DNA of 64,000 nt from an uncultured Thermoplasmata archaeon (GTDB taxonomy: Archaea > Thermoplasmatota > Thermoplasmata > SG8-5): contig CAYHBA010000005.1 of assembly GCA_964354755.1 (NCBI GenBank), forward strand, positions 13,014 to 77,013, read 5' to 3'. Below the pieces are notes generated by a model that was not told where the DNA came from, ran no database searches, and saw only the letters and a program-made list of their open reading frames with translations. Shown here in pieces: positions 47,662 through 58,625 of the stretch (the first letter of the stretch is position 1; every line of letters starts with the position of its first letter). A program made the translations under genes and the position numbers.

Positions 47662-48711
47662 ATGAATATCATGGATGACGAGTTCAACCTCAGACTTCTG
47701 AGGCTCCTGGTTTCCGGCGGGGGTGTGCGGGTGAACATCAATGCCCTGGCGAAGGAACTTAATATGCACCGGACCACAATAAAGAATCGTCTGGACTTTC
47801 TCTTTAAAGAAGGCCTTCTGGACAGACCCAGATATCCTTTCATTCACCTGTTCCAGGAATATCCCCTGCTCATACTGGCACTTGCCGACATCCCCCGGAC
47901 ACCACAGGCCAGGCACTTCTTCGAGGAGGATTCGCACATTTTTGCGGCGTACGCATGCAGGGAAGGGGCATACAACACCTTGCTCATCGAGTTCTTCAGG
48001 GACATCGAATCGTACCATTCCTGGCGCGAGAAAATCGTGCTCGAAGAGAAGCTGCCAAAGAGGGAGAGCCGCGCCACCGCGGACGTGTTCTTCTTCAGCA
48101 ACAGGCTCTGCTTCAAGTACAATCCTGCATGCTTCTTCACCGAGATAGGCGGGCTGATTGCCAGGGGCGGGACTGCCCGGCTGAAGGGCGCCTCGCTTGA
48201 TAAGACGGATTTCCTCATCATGAGCAATCTCTCGAACGGAAGGAGTCTCTACCCGAACGAGACCTTTCTCGCTGCCCAGCTGGATACGAACCGCAAGAAG
48301 GTTCAGAGGAGGATATCTGTCCTGCTCGAGAATAAGATAATTGACACGCCCAAATGTTATTTTCCGGACCTGCTCACTCCTCCAGGCTACAACATGGTGA
48401 TTACGCTTCTCGAAATTAAAGCCAAGAAAAGCCAGATAAAGCAGGATATCATGAACAACAACTACATTCCCAGGGCTTTGGAGAGCAGCACCGGAAGATA
48501 CAACACGCTCCTGTTCTCGTCATTCCCGACCATTGACGATTTCTTCGAATGGTCGGAAAATCTGGCGGATACGTACCCGGACAGCATCGGGGCCATGTCA
48601 AATTTCATTCTTTCCTCGAAGCCCAGGCATGCGATAAATCCGCAAAAAGTCTCTGTCGGGCTGATTGAAAAGAAACTGTGGGAATCCAAAACAGGAATTC
48701 GTACAGAATGA
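47662..48711 (+). CDS. Tandem Lrp/AsnC-like transcriptional regulator (two HTH plus effector-domain repeats)
   Basis: NLRLLRLL..INALAKELNMHRTTIKNRLDFL and DKTDFLIM..LAAQLDTNRKKVQRRI; GAYN and GRYN motifs. Confidence 0.7.
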   Translation: MNIMDDEFNLRLLRLLVSGGGVRVNINALAKELNMHRTTIKNRLDFLFKEGLLDRPRYPFIHLFQEYPLLILALADIPRTPQARHFFEEDSHIFAAYACREGAYNTLLIEFFRDIESYHSWREKIVLEEKLPKRESRATADVFFFSNRLCFKYNPACFFTEIGGLIARGGTARLKGASLDKTDFLIMSNLSNGRSLYPNETFLAAQLDTNRKKVQRRISVLLENKIIDTPKCYFPDLLTPPGYNMVITLLEIKAKKSQIKQDIMNNNYIPRALESSTGRYNTLLFSSFPTIDDFFEWSENLADTYPDSIGAMSNFILSSKPRHAINPQKVSVGLIEKKLWESKTGIRTE

Positions 48712-48822
48712 TATGTTTTCTTATTATTTTCATCCCTAATTGTATGTTATTTACTGCCAGAAAATGCTATATCATTAAATACAGAAGTGTATTTTCCTGA
48801 TTTAGGAAATCAGGTGGCCGAT

Positions 48823-50106
48823 ATGGACAAAGGATTCAACGCATTCACAATGGCACAGGAACAATTCGACAAGATTGCGGAGCAACTTGAACTGGACCAA
48901 GCGACAAAGGAACTGCTGAGGACTCCAATGAGGGAGTATCATTTCTCGATACCTGTAAAGATGGACGACGGCACGACCAGGATATTCAGGGGCTTCAGGA
49001 TGCAGCACAACGATGCCAGGGGCCCGTGCAAAGGCGGAATACGCTTCCATCCTCAGGAAACAGGCGATACCGTAAAGGCACTTTCTATGTGGATGACCTG
49101 GAAGTGCGCAGTCGCTGACATACCCCTAGGCGGAGGCAAGGGCGGAGTGATTTGCGACCCCCACAACCTTTCCCTGAGGGAACAGGAGGCAATATGCCGG
49201 GGATGGGTAAGGCAGATATACCGGAATATCGGCCCTCAGGCCGACGTCCCGGCGCCGGATGTGATGACGAACAGCCAACATATGCTTTGGATGCTTGACG
49301 AGTACGAGAAATTGACAGGCGGCAGATACCCCGGGTTCATCACAGGAAAACCCGTGGGGATGGGCGGCTCTTTGGGCAGGACCGAGGCCACGGGATATGC
49401 GGCAGTGTTTGCGCTCAGAGAGGCATGCAAGGATCTCGAACTCGACATTGGCAAATCCACAGCATCCATCCAGGGTTTCGGGAATGTGGGCCAGTATGTC
49501 ATTGAAATGTACATCAAGTACGGCGGGACAGTGAAGGCCATATCTTGCTGGGACCAGAAGGAGAGCAAGGCCTACACATTCCTTAAGGCCGACGGCATAG
49601 GCCTTAAGGAACTCAGAGACATAACAGACAAGTTCGGATCCATAGACAAAAAGAAGGCCAAGGAGCTTGGCTACGACATTCAGGAAGGTCACGTATGGGC
49701 TGAGCAGGAAGTCGACATACTCATCCCGGCAGCATTGGAAAATTCAATCACCGAGGACGTGGCTGAGAAGATTCCCTCTAGCGTCAAGATATTATTGGAG
49801 GGTGCAAACGGTCCGACCACTCCCGAAGCTGACAAGATACTCAACATGAACAAGATCATGGTCATACCCGACTTCCTGGCGAACTCGGGCGGTGTTGTCT
49901 GCAGCTACTTCGAGCAGGTCCAGTCGAACATGAACTACTTCTGGCCCAAGGACGAGGTCCTCGGCAAGCTCGACGACAAGATGACACAGGCTTTCTACTC
50001 GGTGCTCGAGCTGTCCAAGAAGAAGAAATGTTCTCTCAGGGATGCGGCGTACATGATCGCCATCTCGCGGGTCGCGGAAGCCTGCCACCTGCGCGGCTGG
50101 GTCTGA
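48823..50106 (+). CDS. Glutamate dehydrogenase (Glu/Leu/Phe/Val family)
   Basis: [50 protein letters not shown]. Confidence 0.93.
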   Translation: MDKGFNAFTMAQEQFDKIAEQLELDQATKELLRTPMREYHFSIPVKMDDGTTRIFRGFRMQHNDARGPCKGGIRFHPQETGDTVKALSMWMTWKCAVADIPLGGGKGGVICDPHNLSLREQEAICRGWVRQIYRNIGPQADVPAPDVMTNSQHMLWMLDEYEKLTGGRYPGFITGKPVGMGGSLGRTEATGYAAVFALREACKDLELDIGKSTASIQGFGNVGQYVIEMYIKYGGTVKAISCWDQKESKAYTFLKADGIGLKELRDITDKFGSIDKKKAKELGYDIQEGHVWAEQEVDILIPAALENSITEDVAEKIPSSVKILLEGANGPTTPEADKILNMNKIMVIPDFLANSGGVVCSYFEQVQSNMNYFWPKDEVLGKLDDKMTQAFYSVLELSKKKKCSLRDAAYMIAISRVAEACHLRGWV

Positions 50107-50113
50107 GATTCGC

Positions 50114-53059
50114 ATGCCACAGAAGCCTCAGGGCGAAAACGGCATAGCCAAACTGATCGGCGACATAGTCGGAAGGCGGTTGGACCAGTCCCCGCAGTCT
50201 CAGGTGCCCCCTTACAGAATAAACAATGTACTGGTGATTTCCACCGATTATGACTATTTCATTCTGGACGAGGAAGGCCGGCTGAGGAATCTCATAGTCC
50301 AGCAGTGCAGGAAGGAGGAGCGGACATCCGTTCCAGCCCTGACACATGCCACCGAGGAGAAGGCCGGCGAGGTCCTGAAGGCGGCGAAGTTTGACGCAGC
50401 CATCCTGTTCAATACTCCCACCAAGTCCGACATCATGGAACTGGCGAAGTCTGTTAAAGCGGTACAGGACATCCCGGTCGTGCTTGTCGGGAGAAGCGCC
50501 TCCGATATGACGAGAACCGCGAAAAGTTATAGCCAATCCCCAATAGACCACATGTTCACCTGGTCCGGCGACGGCAAGGTGTTCCTCGACATCATCCAGT
50601 TCCTGGAGGATTCCGAGCCCGAATCAGAGCCCCAAAGGCGGGCGATTCTTCTCGCTGACAGCCAGCCGCAGTATTATTCAAGGCTGGTTTACGAGGCCTA
50701 TAAAGTGGTTTCCGAGCACATGGCTGCGGTCGTGCCGGAGGACCTGATCCACAGCCAGAGAACCTCGAGGATGAGGAAGCGGCCCCGCGTGATCTTGGCC
50801 AAGACAAGCAAGGAACTGGGCGACATCTACCAGAGGAACAAACACTCAGTGTCCTGCATGATAATCGACATGAATATGGAGCAGCCAGAGACCGAATTGG
50901 CAGCATTCATATTAAAATTGCCGAAGTCGGGACCGCAGGTGCCAGTAATCCTGCTTTCATGCGCGAAGCATGACAGGTTCAGATGCCTGGATAAAAATTC
51001 TCCGGCATTCTTCACGGAATGCTCACGCTTCATTGCAGATGCCATAGGCCCGACACGCCTTTCGTTCAGGGATTCAGCCGGGACCGAGATTGCGTCCGTG
51101 TCTTCGCCCAAGGAGCTGGAGGCTGCCATGTGGAGCCTGCCCGCCGAGTCATTCGATCGGCACATGGACAATGGCGACGTGGCGAGATGGCTGGACGTGC
51201 TAATGGAGTCCGAGCTTTCCGAAAGGATCCGCAGACTCGTCAAATCCACGGGCGACATAGAGGAGCTTAGGAACAAGGCCATCAGTGCCATTTCGGAGCA
51301 CAGGAAAGCGGTCCAGAAGGGCGTGATAACGACTTACTCGAGGGGAGAAAACGAGCAGTCCAGGTTCAGCCGGATCGGCAAGGGCGCGATGGGCGGCAAA
51401 GCCCGCGGCCTGGCTTTCGCTGACAAGCTCATAAGCACCTACCTCGGGGAGGGCACGGTGCCCGGCATCAGCGTCAGGATTCCGAGGACCATTGTCCTCT
51501 GCTCGGACATATTCGACCAGTTCATCGAGGACAACGGCATCGACATAGAGGACCTGAGCCATCATTCGGACGAGAGAATAGCCCAGAAATTCATGGAAGG
51601 CGACCTTCCTGCGCCGGTGCTTGGGGACATCCGGGCATTCATTCGCGGGACCAAGGCGCCGATAGTTGTCAGGTCGTCCAGCCTCCTCGAGGACGCACTG
51701 CACCACCCGTTCGCCGGCGTTTACGCTTCACTTCTGCTTCCGAACGAATCATGGGAGACTGACATCCGGTTCCAGGAGCTCTGCGCTTCAGTGAAGTATG
51801 TCTTTGCGTCTGTATTCTTCCAGAAAGCAAGAACCTACATGGCTTCCCTAAAGGACATAAGGGAGGATGAGAAGATGGCCGTTGTCGTCCAAGAACTGGT
51901 CGGCTCAAAGCACGGCTCGATTTTCTATCCAACAACTTCAGGCGTGGCCAAGTCATACGATTATTACCCATCGGGAAGGTGCAAGGCCACGGACGGTGTG
52001 GTGAACATCGCCCTGGGTCTGGGGAAGGAAGTGGTGGACGGCGGAACCGCCTACAGGTTCTGCCCAGTACATCCGAAGACGCCGAAACACGGGACTCTCG
52101 AAAACCTTCTTGAGCATGCCCAGAAAGATTTCTTCGCTGTTGACCTGAATTCCTATGTGAACATAGTCCAGAGGAACGAGGACAGCACCATCAAGCATTT
52201 TCCCATATCTGTCGCTGAATCTCATGGTTCCTTGGAACAGGTTGCTTCGACCTACGAGCGTGAGGAGGGGCGTCTCTACCCCGGCACGGGAAGGGACGGA
52301 ATCAGGGTGCTTGACTTCGCGCCCCTGATAATTCTTGAGACCTATCCGGTAGCTAAACTGCTTCATACCCTACTGCGCGTGAACGAGCTGGCAGTGGGCT
52401 CGCCCGTAGAGATTGAATTTGCCATGGACATACCGTCGGAATCCAGCCAGCAACCGGATTTCTATGTGCTTCAGGTCAGAAGCATGCGCTCGACTGAGCA
52501 GGATTTCGACATCGAGCTGGGAACCCACGCCCCCGATGAAATTTTCTGCCATGCTATGCATGCGATGGGAAACGGCGTCATTTTGGGAATTCGGGACATA
52601 GTTTATGTCAAACGCGGGAATTACGACATTGCGGACAACCAGAAGATCATTCCGCAGATTCGCGTCATGAATGAAAAGATGTTGAAAGGCCGCACACCCT
52701 ACATTCTTGTAGGTCCTGGGAGATGGGGCTCTACGGACCCGTGGCTGGGCATACCGGTGAACTGGAGCGACATTGCCGGTGCAAGGCTGATAGTGGAGAC
52801 GCCAATAGAGGAAAGACCCGTGGATCCGTCGCAAGGCTCGCATTTCTTCCACAACATGGTGGCTGCCCGGACAGGGTATCTGACCATAATCCCAGGCACC
52901 GAGAGCTCGATAGACTGGGAGTGGCTCGAGGGCATCGGACCGGTCGAGGAGGAACAGCACATCATGCACGTTCGCCTGCCCGAACCGGTGGAAATCCGAA
53001 TCAACGGCGGAAGGGGCGAGGGCGTAATATTGAAAAAAGCAAAACCAGGAGCTGAGTGA
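50114..53059 (+). CDS. PPDK_N (ATP-grasp dikinase-like) protein with N-terminal receiver-like domains
   Basis: GGKARGLA, VRSSSLLED, FAGVY, VVQELVG, GLGKEVVDG, EIEFA, LQVR; C-terminal GPGRWGS...GSHFF. Confidence 0.85.
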   Translation: MPQKPQGENGIAKLIGDIVGRRLDQSPQSQVPPYRINNVLVISTDYDYFILDEEGRLRNLIVQQCRKEERTSVPALTHATEEKAGEVLKAAKFDAAILFNTPTKSDIMELAKSVKAVQDIPVVLVGRSASDMTRTAKSYSQSPIDHMFTWSGDGKVFLDIIQFLEDSEPESEPQRRAILLADSQPQYYSRLVYEAYKVVSEHMAAVVPEDLIHSQRTSRMRKRPRVILAKTSKELGDIYQRNKHSVSCMIIDMNMEQPETELAAFILKLPKSGPQVPVILLSCAKHDRFRCLDKNSPAFFTECSRFIADAIGPTRLSFRDSAGTEIASVSSPKELEAAMWSLPAESFDRHMDNGDVARWLDVLMESELSERIRRLVKSTGDIEELRNKAISAISEHRKAVQKGVITTYSRGENEQSRFSRIGKGAMGGKARGLAFADKLISTYLGEGTVPGISVRIPRTIVLCSDIFDQFIEDNGIDIEDLSHHSDERIAQKFMEGDLPAPVLGDIRAFIRGTKAPIVVRSSSLLEDALHHPFAGVYASLLLPNESWETDIRFQELCASVKYVFASVFFQKARTYMASLKDIREDEKMAVVVQELVGSKHGSIFYPTTSGVAKSYDYYPSGRCKATDGVVNIALGLGKEVVDGGTAYRFCPVHPKTPKHGTLENLLEHAQKDFFAVDLNSYVNIVQRNEDSTIKHFPISVAESHGSLEQVASTYEREEGRLYPGTGRDGIRVLDFAPLIILETYPVAKLLHTLLRVNELAVGSPVEIEFAMDIPSESSQQPDFYVLQVRSMRSTEQDFDIELGTHAPDEIFCHAMHAMGNGVILGIRDIVYVKRGNYDIADNQKIIPQIRVMNEKMLKGRTPYILVGPGRWGSTDPWLGIPVNWSDIAGARLIVETPIEERPVDPSQGSHFFHNMVAARTGYLTIIPGTESSIDWEWLEGIGPVEEEQHIMHVRLPEPVEIRINGGRGEGVILKKAKPGAE

Positions 53060-53060
53060 T

Positions 53061-56000
53061 ATGAGCGAGAAGGAGCAGCAGACCGCGGACACGACCAAGA
53101 TACTGCAGGAAAGATTGAAGGAACTCAACTGCATTTACGGAATATCAACATTGATACAGGACGAGTCCATCGACCTTGAAGGAACCCTTGAGAAGTCCAT
53201 GGTTCTGATTCAAAATGCATGGCAGTATCCGGATATCACATGCGTCAGGATAATTTCCGGAGACAAGACTTTCGCGACCACCAATTTCAAGGAGACGGAG
53301 TGGAAGCAATCAGCCCCCATATCGTACCGCAGGAAGAGGATAGGCGCGGTCGAGATTTATTACCTCGTGTACAAGGAAACCGCAGACGAGGGCCCGTTCC
53401 TTCGGGAAGAAAGAAGGCTGCTTAATGCGGTCGCGGACCTCCTTTCAACTTATATCGAAAAGCAGGACATCAACATAAAGCTGAACGGATTCGAGACCAA
53501 GGAGAAACCAATCGACAAAAACGACTGGGAAATAATACTCGAGCTTCTGGTGAAGACCGATCCGAGGGGCGCGCTGCGCATCACAAGGCGAATGATATAC
53601 TACCTTTACAGGATTCAGAACGAGGAGATCACCGGAATCCTGGCCAAAGTGTGTCCGATAGATGGTAAAGCAGACGAGTGGTGTGGCATCAATATACCCA
53701 ATCCGAAAGAGGACGCGCAGGAGCTTCAGAGAGTTCAGAGAAAGGTCTTCGAGATAGCCAAAAGAGCCATCCCCAAGGAGGAAATATCTGATCTCTTCCA
53801 GACCTGGCTGAAATCCGACAAGGGCCGTCCGCTTCTTATAGCCTCCCAGAAGCAAGGCATATCGCTGGGCGAGATAACCAGCGAAATAAACAGGTATTGG
53901 GACATTCCCGAGGATGCTAGGGTGCTTATGCCCGAGGACGAGCGAGCGATAAGCGCGGGCCTCATCCGCCGGTTCTTCTCCGGGCGTCTGAACTACCTGA
54001 ATGTGGCAAAGGACTACATTCACCTGGACGATTTTGTTGACCTCACAAAGCGCATTGTCGGCCCCTCCCAGGGAGAAGGGAAACTGGGTGGCAAGAGCTC
54101 GGGCCTGTACCTCGCCCACAAGATTGTGGAGGTCGAGAAGAAGCGGGTGAAGGACCTTGAGAACATTAAAACTCCGAAGAGTTGGTATCTCACCTCCGAT
54201 TCGATGATGCACCTGATACGCTACAACGACCTTGACGACCTGATAAATATAAAATATCTCGACCCGAACGAGATACGCCAAGAACATGCGTTCCTGGAAC
54301 AGCTTTTCAAGAACTCCGTGTTCCCGCCGGACATAATCTCCGGGCTGAGGAGCGTCCTGCTGGACGCAGGGGACCATCCGATAATCGTGAGGTCTTCGAG
54401 CCTTCTCGAGGACAGCTTCGAGGCTGCATTCTCAGGCAAGTATAAGAGCCTGTTCCTTGTGAACACTGGTACGCTCGAGGAGAGGCTGAGCAACCTGATG
54501 AACGCCATAGCGGAAATTTACGCATCCGTATTCGCCCCCTCGCCCCTGGAATACAGGAGGGAGCGCGGCCTTCTCGAGTTCTCAGAGGAGATGAGTATTC
54601 TGATACAGGAGGTGGTCGGCACCAGGATAGGCCCATACTTCCTCCCGGTTTATGCGGGTGTATCGCTTTGCAACAACGAGTTCAGCTGGTCCCCGCGGAT
54701 ACGCAGGGAGGACGGCATGGTCAGGCTCGTTTCCGGGCTGGGCACCAGGGCAGTGGACCGCGTTGGGGACGATTACCCCGTGCTCATGGCTCCGTTCAGG
54801 CCCGAGATACGCGTCAACAGGCTGATCGACGAGGCCATACAGTACTCCCAACGCTATATCGACGTGATAAATGTCGAGAAGCGAACCTTGGAGACAGTCG
54901 ACAGCACTGAACTCCTTACGAAATACTGGGACGAGTACCCAATGGTTCACCAGATGATATCCTTACACAAGGAGGGAATGCTCCAGCCAGCCAGGAGCGT
55001 CCTGATAGATTCCGAAGGCGCAGACATGGTCATCACCTTCGACAAGATGATAGAAAAGACAGAGTTTGTCCCGCAGATCAAAGCCCTCCTTACAATTCTG
55101 AAGAACAAGCTCGAGACACCAGTTGACATTGAGTTCGCCTATGACGGCAAGAACCTTTACCTGCTCCAATGCAGGCCCCAGCACCAGGCCTTGGAGGTCG
55201 ACAGGGTCCCTGTCCCCAAGAACATTGCCCCCAACAGGAAGCTGTTCTCAGCGAACAAGTATATCACGACCAGCCACCTGGAAAACATCGAGTACCTGGT
55301 TTACGTCGACCCGAACGAGTACAGCGACCTCAAGGACCGCAACCAGATGCTGGACGTCGCCAAGGCCGTGGGTATATTGAACAAGCAGCTTCCGAAGAGG
55401 CGCTTCATCCTGATGGGCCCGGGCAGGTGGGGCAGCAGGGGCGACATCAAGCTGGGCGTCCCGGTCCAGTATTCGGACATCAACAACACCTCGCTTCTGA
55501 TAGAGATAGCCAGGCAAAGAGGCGGGTATCAGCCGGACCTGTCGTTCGGGACTCATTTCTTCCAGGACCTGGTCGAGGCGGACATCCATTACATGCCGCT
55601 GTATCCCGACGAGACTGGCAACCTTCTCAACGAGGAATTCATATCCATGGCACCGAACAGGCTTGCTGAGCTTGTTCCGAAATACAAGGCTCTTGAGCAT
55701 GTGATAAAGGTGGTGCGGATATCCGATGTGGAGGACGGCGGCACCATGACTGTGGTCATGGACGGCGAAGCGAACCTGGCGCTTGCTTACACTGTTCCTG
55801 CGGACCATTGGATATGGCGTGTCAGGAAGGCCGAGGAGATTGGGATGGCGCTCGACACCGAGCTTTACGGTGTCGAGGCAATGTATCTGATTGGCAGCTC
55901 CAAGGACGGCACTGCCAGGGCAGCCAGCGATCTTGACCTGGTGATTCATGCGAAGGGGTCCCAGGACCAGACCGAATCCCTCTTGCGTTGGCTCAAAGGA

Positions 56001-56183
56001 TGGGATGAGAAACTCGCGGCTGAGAACCGCGAGCGCACAGGCGCGGATACCACAGAGATACTGGATGTACACATTGTCACCGACGAGGATATTGCCGCGA
56101 AATCGTCATGGGCCGCCCACATAGGCAATCCCTACAACCCTGCGAGGGAGATAAGGTTAAGGAAGCCAGCTACCGATGAGTGA
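53061..56183 (+). CDS. PPDK_N dikinase-like protein with GAF-like N-terminus and C-terminal nucleotidyltransferase domain
   Basis: LQERLKELNCIY...FLREERRLL; GGKSSGL, VRSSSLLED, FSGKY, LQCRP; GPGRWGS...GTHFF; YLIGSSKDGTARAASDLDL. Confidence 0.85.
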   Translation: MSEKEQQTADTTKILQERLKELNCIYGISTLIQDESIDLEGTLEKSMVLIQNAWQYPDITCVRIISGDKTFATTNFKETEWKQSAPISYRRKRIGAVEIYYLVYKETADEGPFLREERRLLNAVADLLSTYIEKQDINIKLNGFETKEKPIDKNDWEIILELLVKTDPRGALRITRRMIYYLYRIQNEEITGILAKVCPIDGKADEWCGINIPNPKEDAQELQRVQRKVFEIAKRAIPKEEISDLFQTWLKSDKGRPLLIASQKQGISLGEITSEINRYWDIPEDARVLMPEDERAISAGLIRRFFSGRLNYLNVAKDYIHLDDFVDLTKRIVGPSQGEGKLGGKSSGLYLAHKIVEVEKKRVKDLENIKTPKSWYLTSDSMMHLIRYNDLDDLINIKYLDPNEIRQEHAFLEQLFKNSVFPPDIISGLRSVLLDAGDHPIIVRSSSLLEDSFEAAFSGKYKSLFLVNTGTLEERLSNLMNAIAEIYASVFAPSPLEYRRERGLLEFSEEMSILIQEVVGTRIGPYFLPVYAGVSLCNNEFSWSPRIRREDGMVRLVSGLGTRAVDRVGDDYPVLMAPFRPEIRVNRLIDEAIQYSQRYIDVINVEKRTLETVDSTELLTKYWDEYPMVHQMISLHKEGMLQPARSVLIDSEGADMVITFDKMIEKTEFVPQIKALLTILKNKLETPVDIEFAYDGKNLYLLQCRPQHQALEVDRVPVPKNIAPNRKLFSANKYITTSHLENIEYLVYVDPNEYSDLKDRNQMLDVAKAVGILNKQLPKRRFILMGPGRWGSRGDIKLGVPVQYSDINNTSLLIEIARQRGGYQPDLSFGTHFFQDLVEADIHYMPLYPDETGNLLNEEFISMAPNRLAELVPKYKALEHVIKVVRISDVEDGGTMTVVMDGEANLALAYTVPADHWIWRVRKAEEIGMALDTELYGVEAMYLIGSSKDGTARAASDLDLVIHAKGSQDQTESLLRWLKGWDEKLAAENRERTGADTTEILDVHIVTDEDIAAKSSWAAHIGNPYNPAREIRLRKPATDE

Positions 56184-57027
56184 CGACTTCCCTCGTTGCA
56201 TTGTCCAGGTTGTCGGTGCTGAACCTCACAACGGCCAGCCCCGGACCGTCATGCGAACCACCGAAGGAATGTGACTTCCCGAGTCTCACCCTCCAGTCCC
56301 CGGTCAGCCTAACAGACTCATGTATATGGCCATGCAGTGTAAGGAGGGGAGAAGTTTTTTCTATGAATCTCCTGATGGCAATGCTGCCGACATGGATATC
56401 GGCGGGGGCATGGTCTACGAACTTGCCGTCATTGGCCGTCCTGTCCAGGGGAGTGTCGGAAGGCGGGGCATGGAACAGGTAGACTGTGCTACCAGGGTCG
56501 GATAGCTTGGCCAGTTCAACCAGGTCCTTTTCAATCGTGGAGTATCTCGCATCCTCGGGCGTGACCTCGACGGTTCTTATGCCCTCCTCTGGAGAGACGC
56601 AGCCCACGCCCGTGAACCTTGAAACATCGTATTTCTCCCAGTCCTTTAAAAGGAAAGGCGAGGGCGGAACGAAGGAATAGCCGACAACGCTCAGGCCTCC
56701 GAAGGTGACGCACTTTTGCTGGACATATTCAATAAGCCCGTCATTTGCCATTCTCTCGAGCATGGGCTCGTGAACCCTTGGGTCGTCATTGCCCGGTATA
56801 ATGAAGAAACGTGTTCTCCCGCAAGTTTCCCTGACTTTCCTGATGCGCTGGGACATCCGGCTCAGGAATTCCCCGATGTCGCCTGACCTGCCATATCCGC
56901 CAGGCAGGAGGTCTCCGCCAATGAGGACCCAGTCGGGGCACTCAGTCTCCGCAATGGAGAACAGGATGTCATACCTATCAGGCTTCCCGTGAAGGTCTGT
57001 GACGAAAATGCAGTTCATGCCCGTCAT
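56170..57027 (-). CDS. Calcineurin-like metallophosphoesterase
   Basis: TDLHG, GGD, PGNDD, FHAPP, HGHIHE. Confidence 0.9.
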   Translation of the reverse strand: MTGMNCIFVTDLHGKPDRYDILFSIAETECPDWVLIGGDLLPGGYGRSGDIGEFLSRMSQRIRKVRETCGRTRFFIIPGNDDPRVHEPMLERMANDGLIEYVQQKCVTFGGLSVVGYSFVPPSPFLLKDWEKYDVSRFTGVGCVSPEEGIRTVEVTPEDARYSTIEKDLVELAKLSDPGSTVYLFHAPPSDTPLDRTANDGKFVDHAPADIHVGSIAIRRFIEKTSPLLTLHGHIHESVRLTGDWRVRLGKSHSFGGSHDGPGLAVVRFSTDNLDNATREVVTHR

Positions 57028-57212
57028 GGATTTCCTCTGTAAGTTCAACTGCCCGTCATACAAATATTTTTGCTTTTTCCTGTATTTTGGCATCAGGTGT
57101 GGAAACAAGGGCATTATGTTCGATACATCTCAAGAAAACAGTATAAGCGTTAAAATACTTGAAAACTTATCCCGCCGCATCGCGGGCAACTGCGAGTAAG
57201 AGGAGGAATTAA

Positions 57213-58556
<1,344 letters not shown>

Positions 58557-58582
58557 TCCAGACCAGCATTCCAAGAAACCTC

Positions 58583-58625
58583 AATCCCTGGCCTTTCGAG
58601 ATCAGGGATTCTTTTCATTTTATTC
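58583..58625 (+). terminator. Putative terminator after gdhA
   Basis: AATCCCTG...CAGGGATT hairpin followed by a T-rich run, between convergent genes. Confidence 0.5.
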
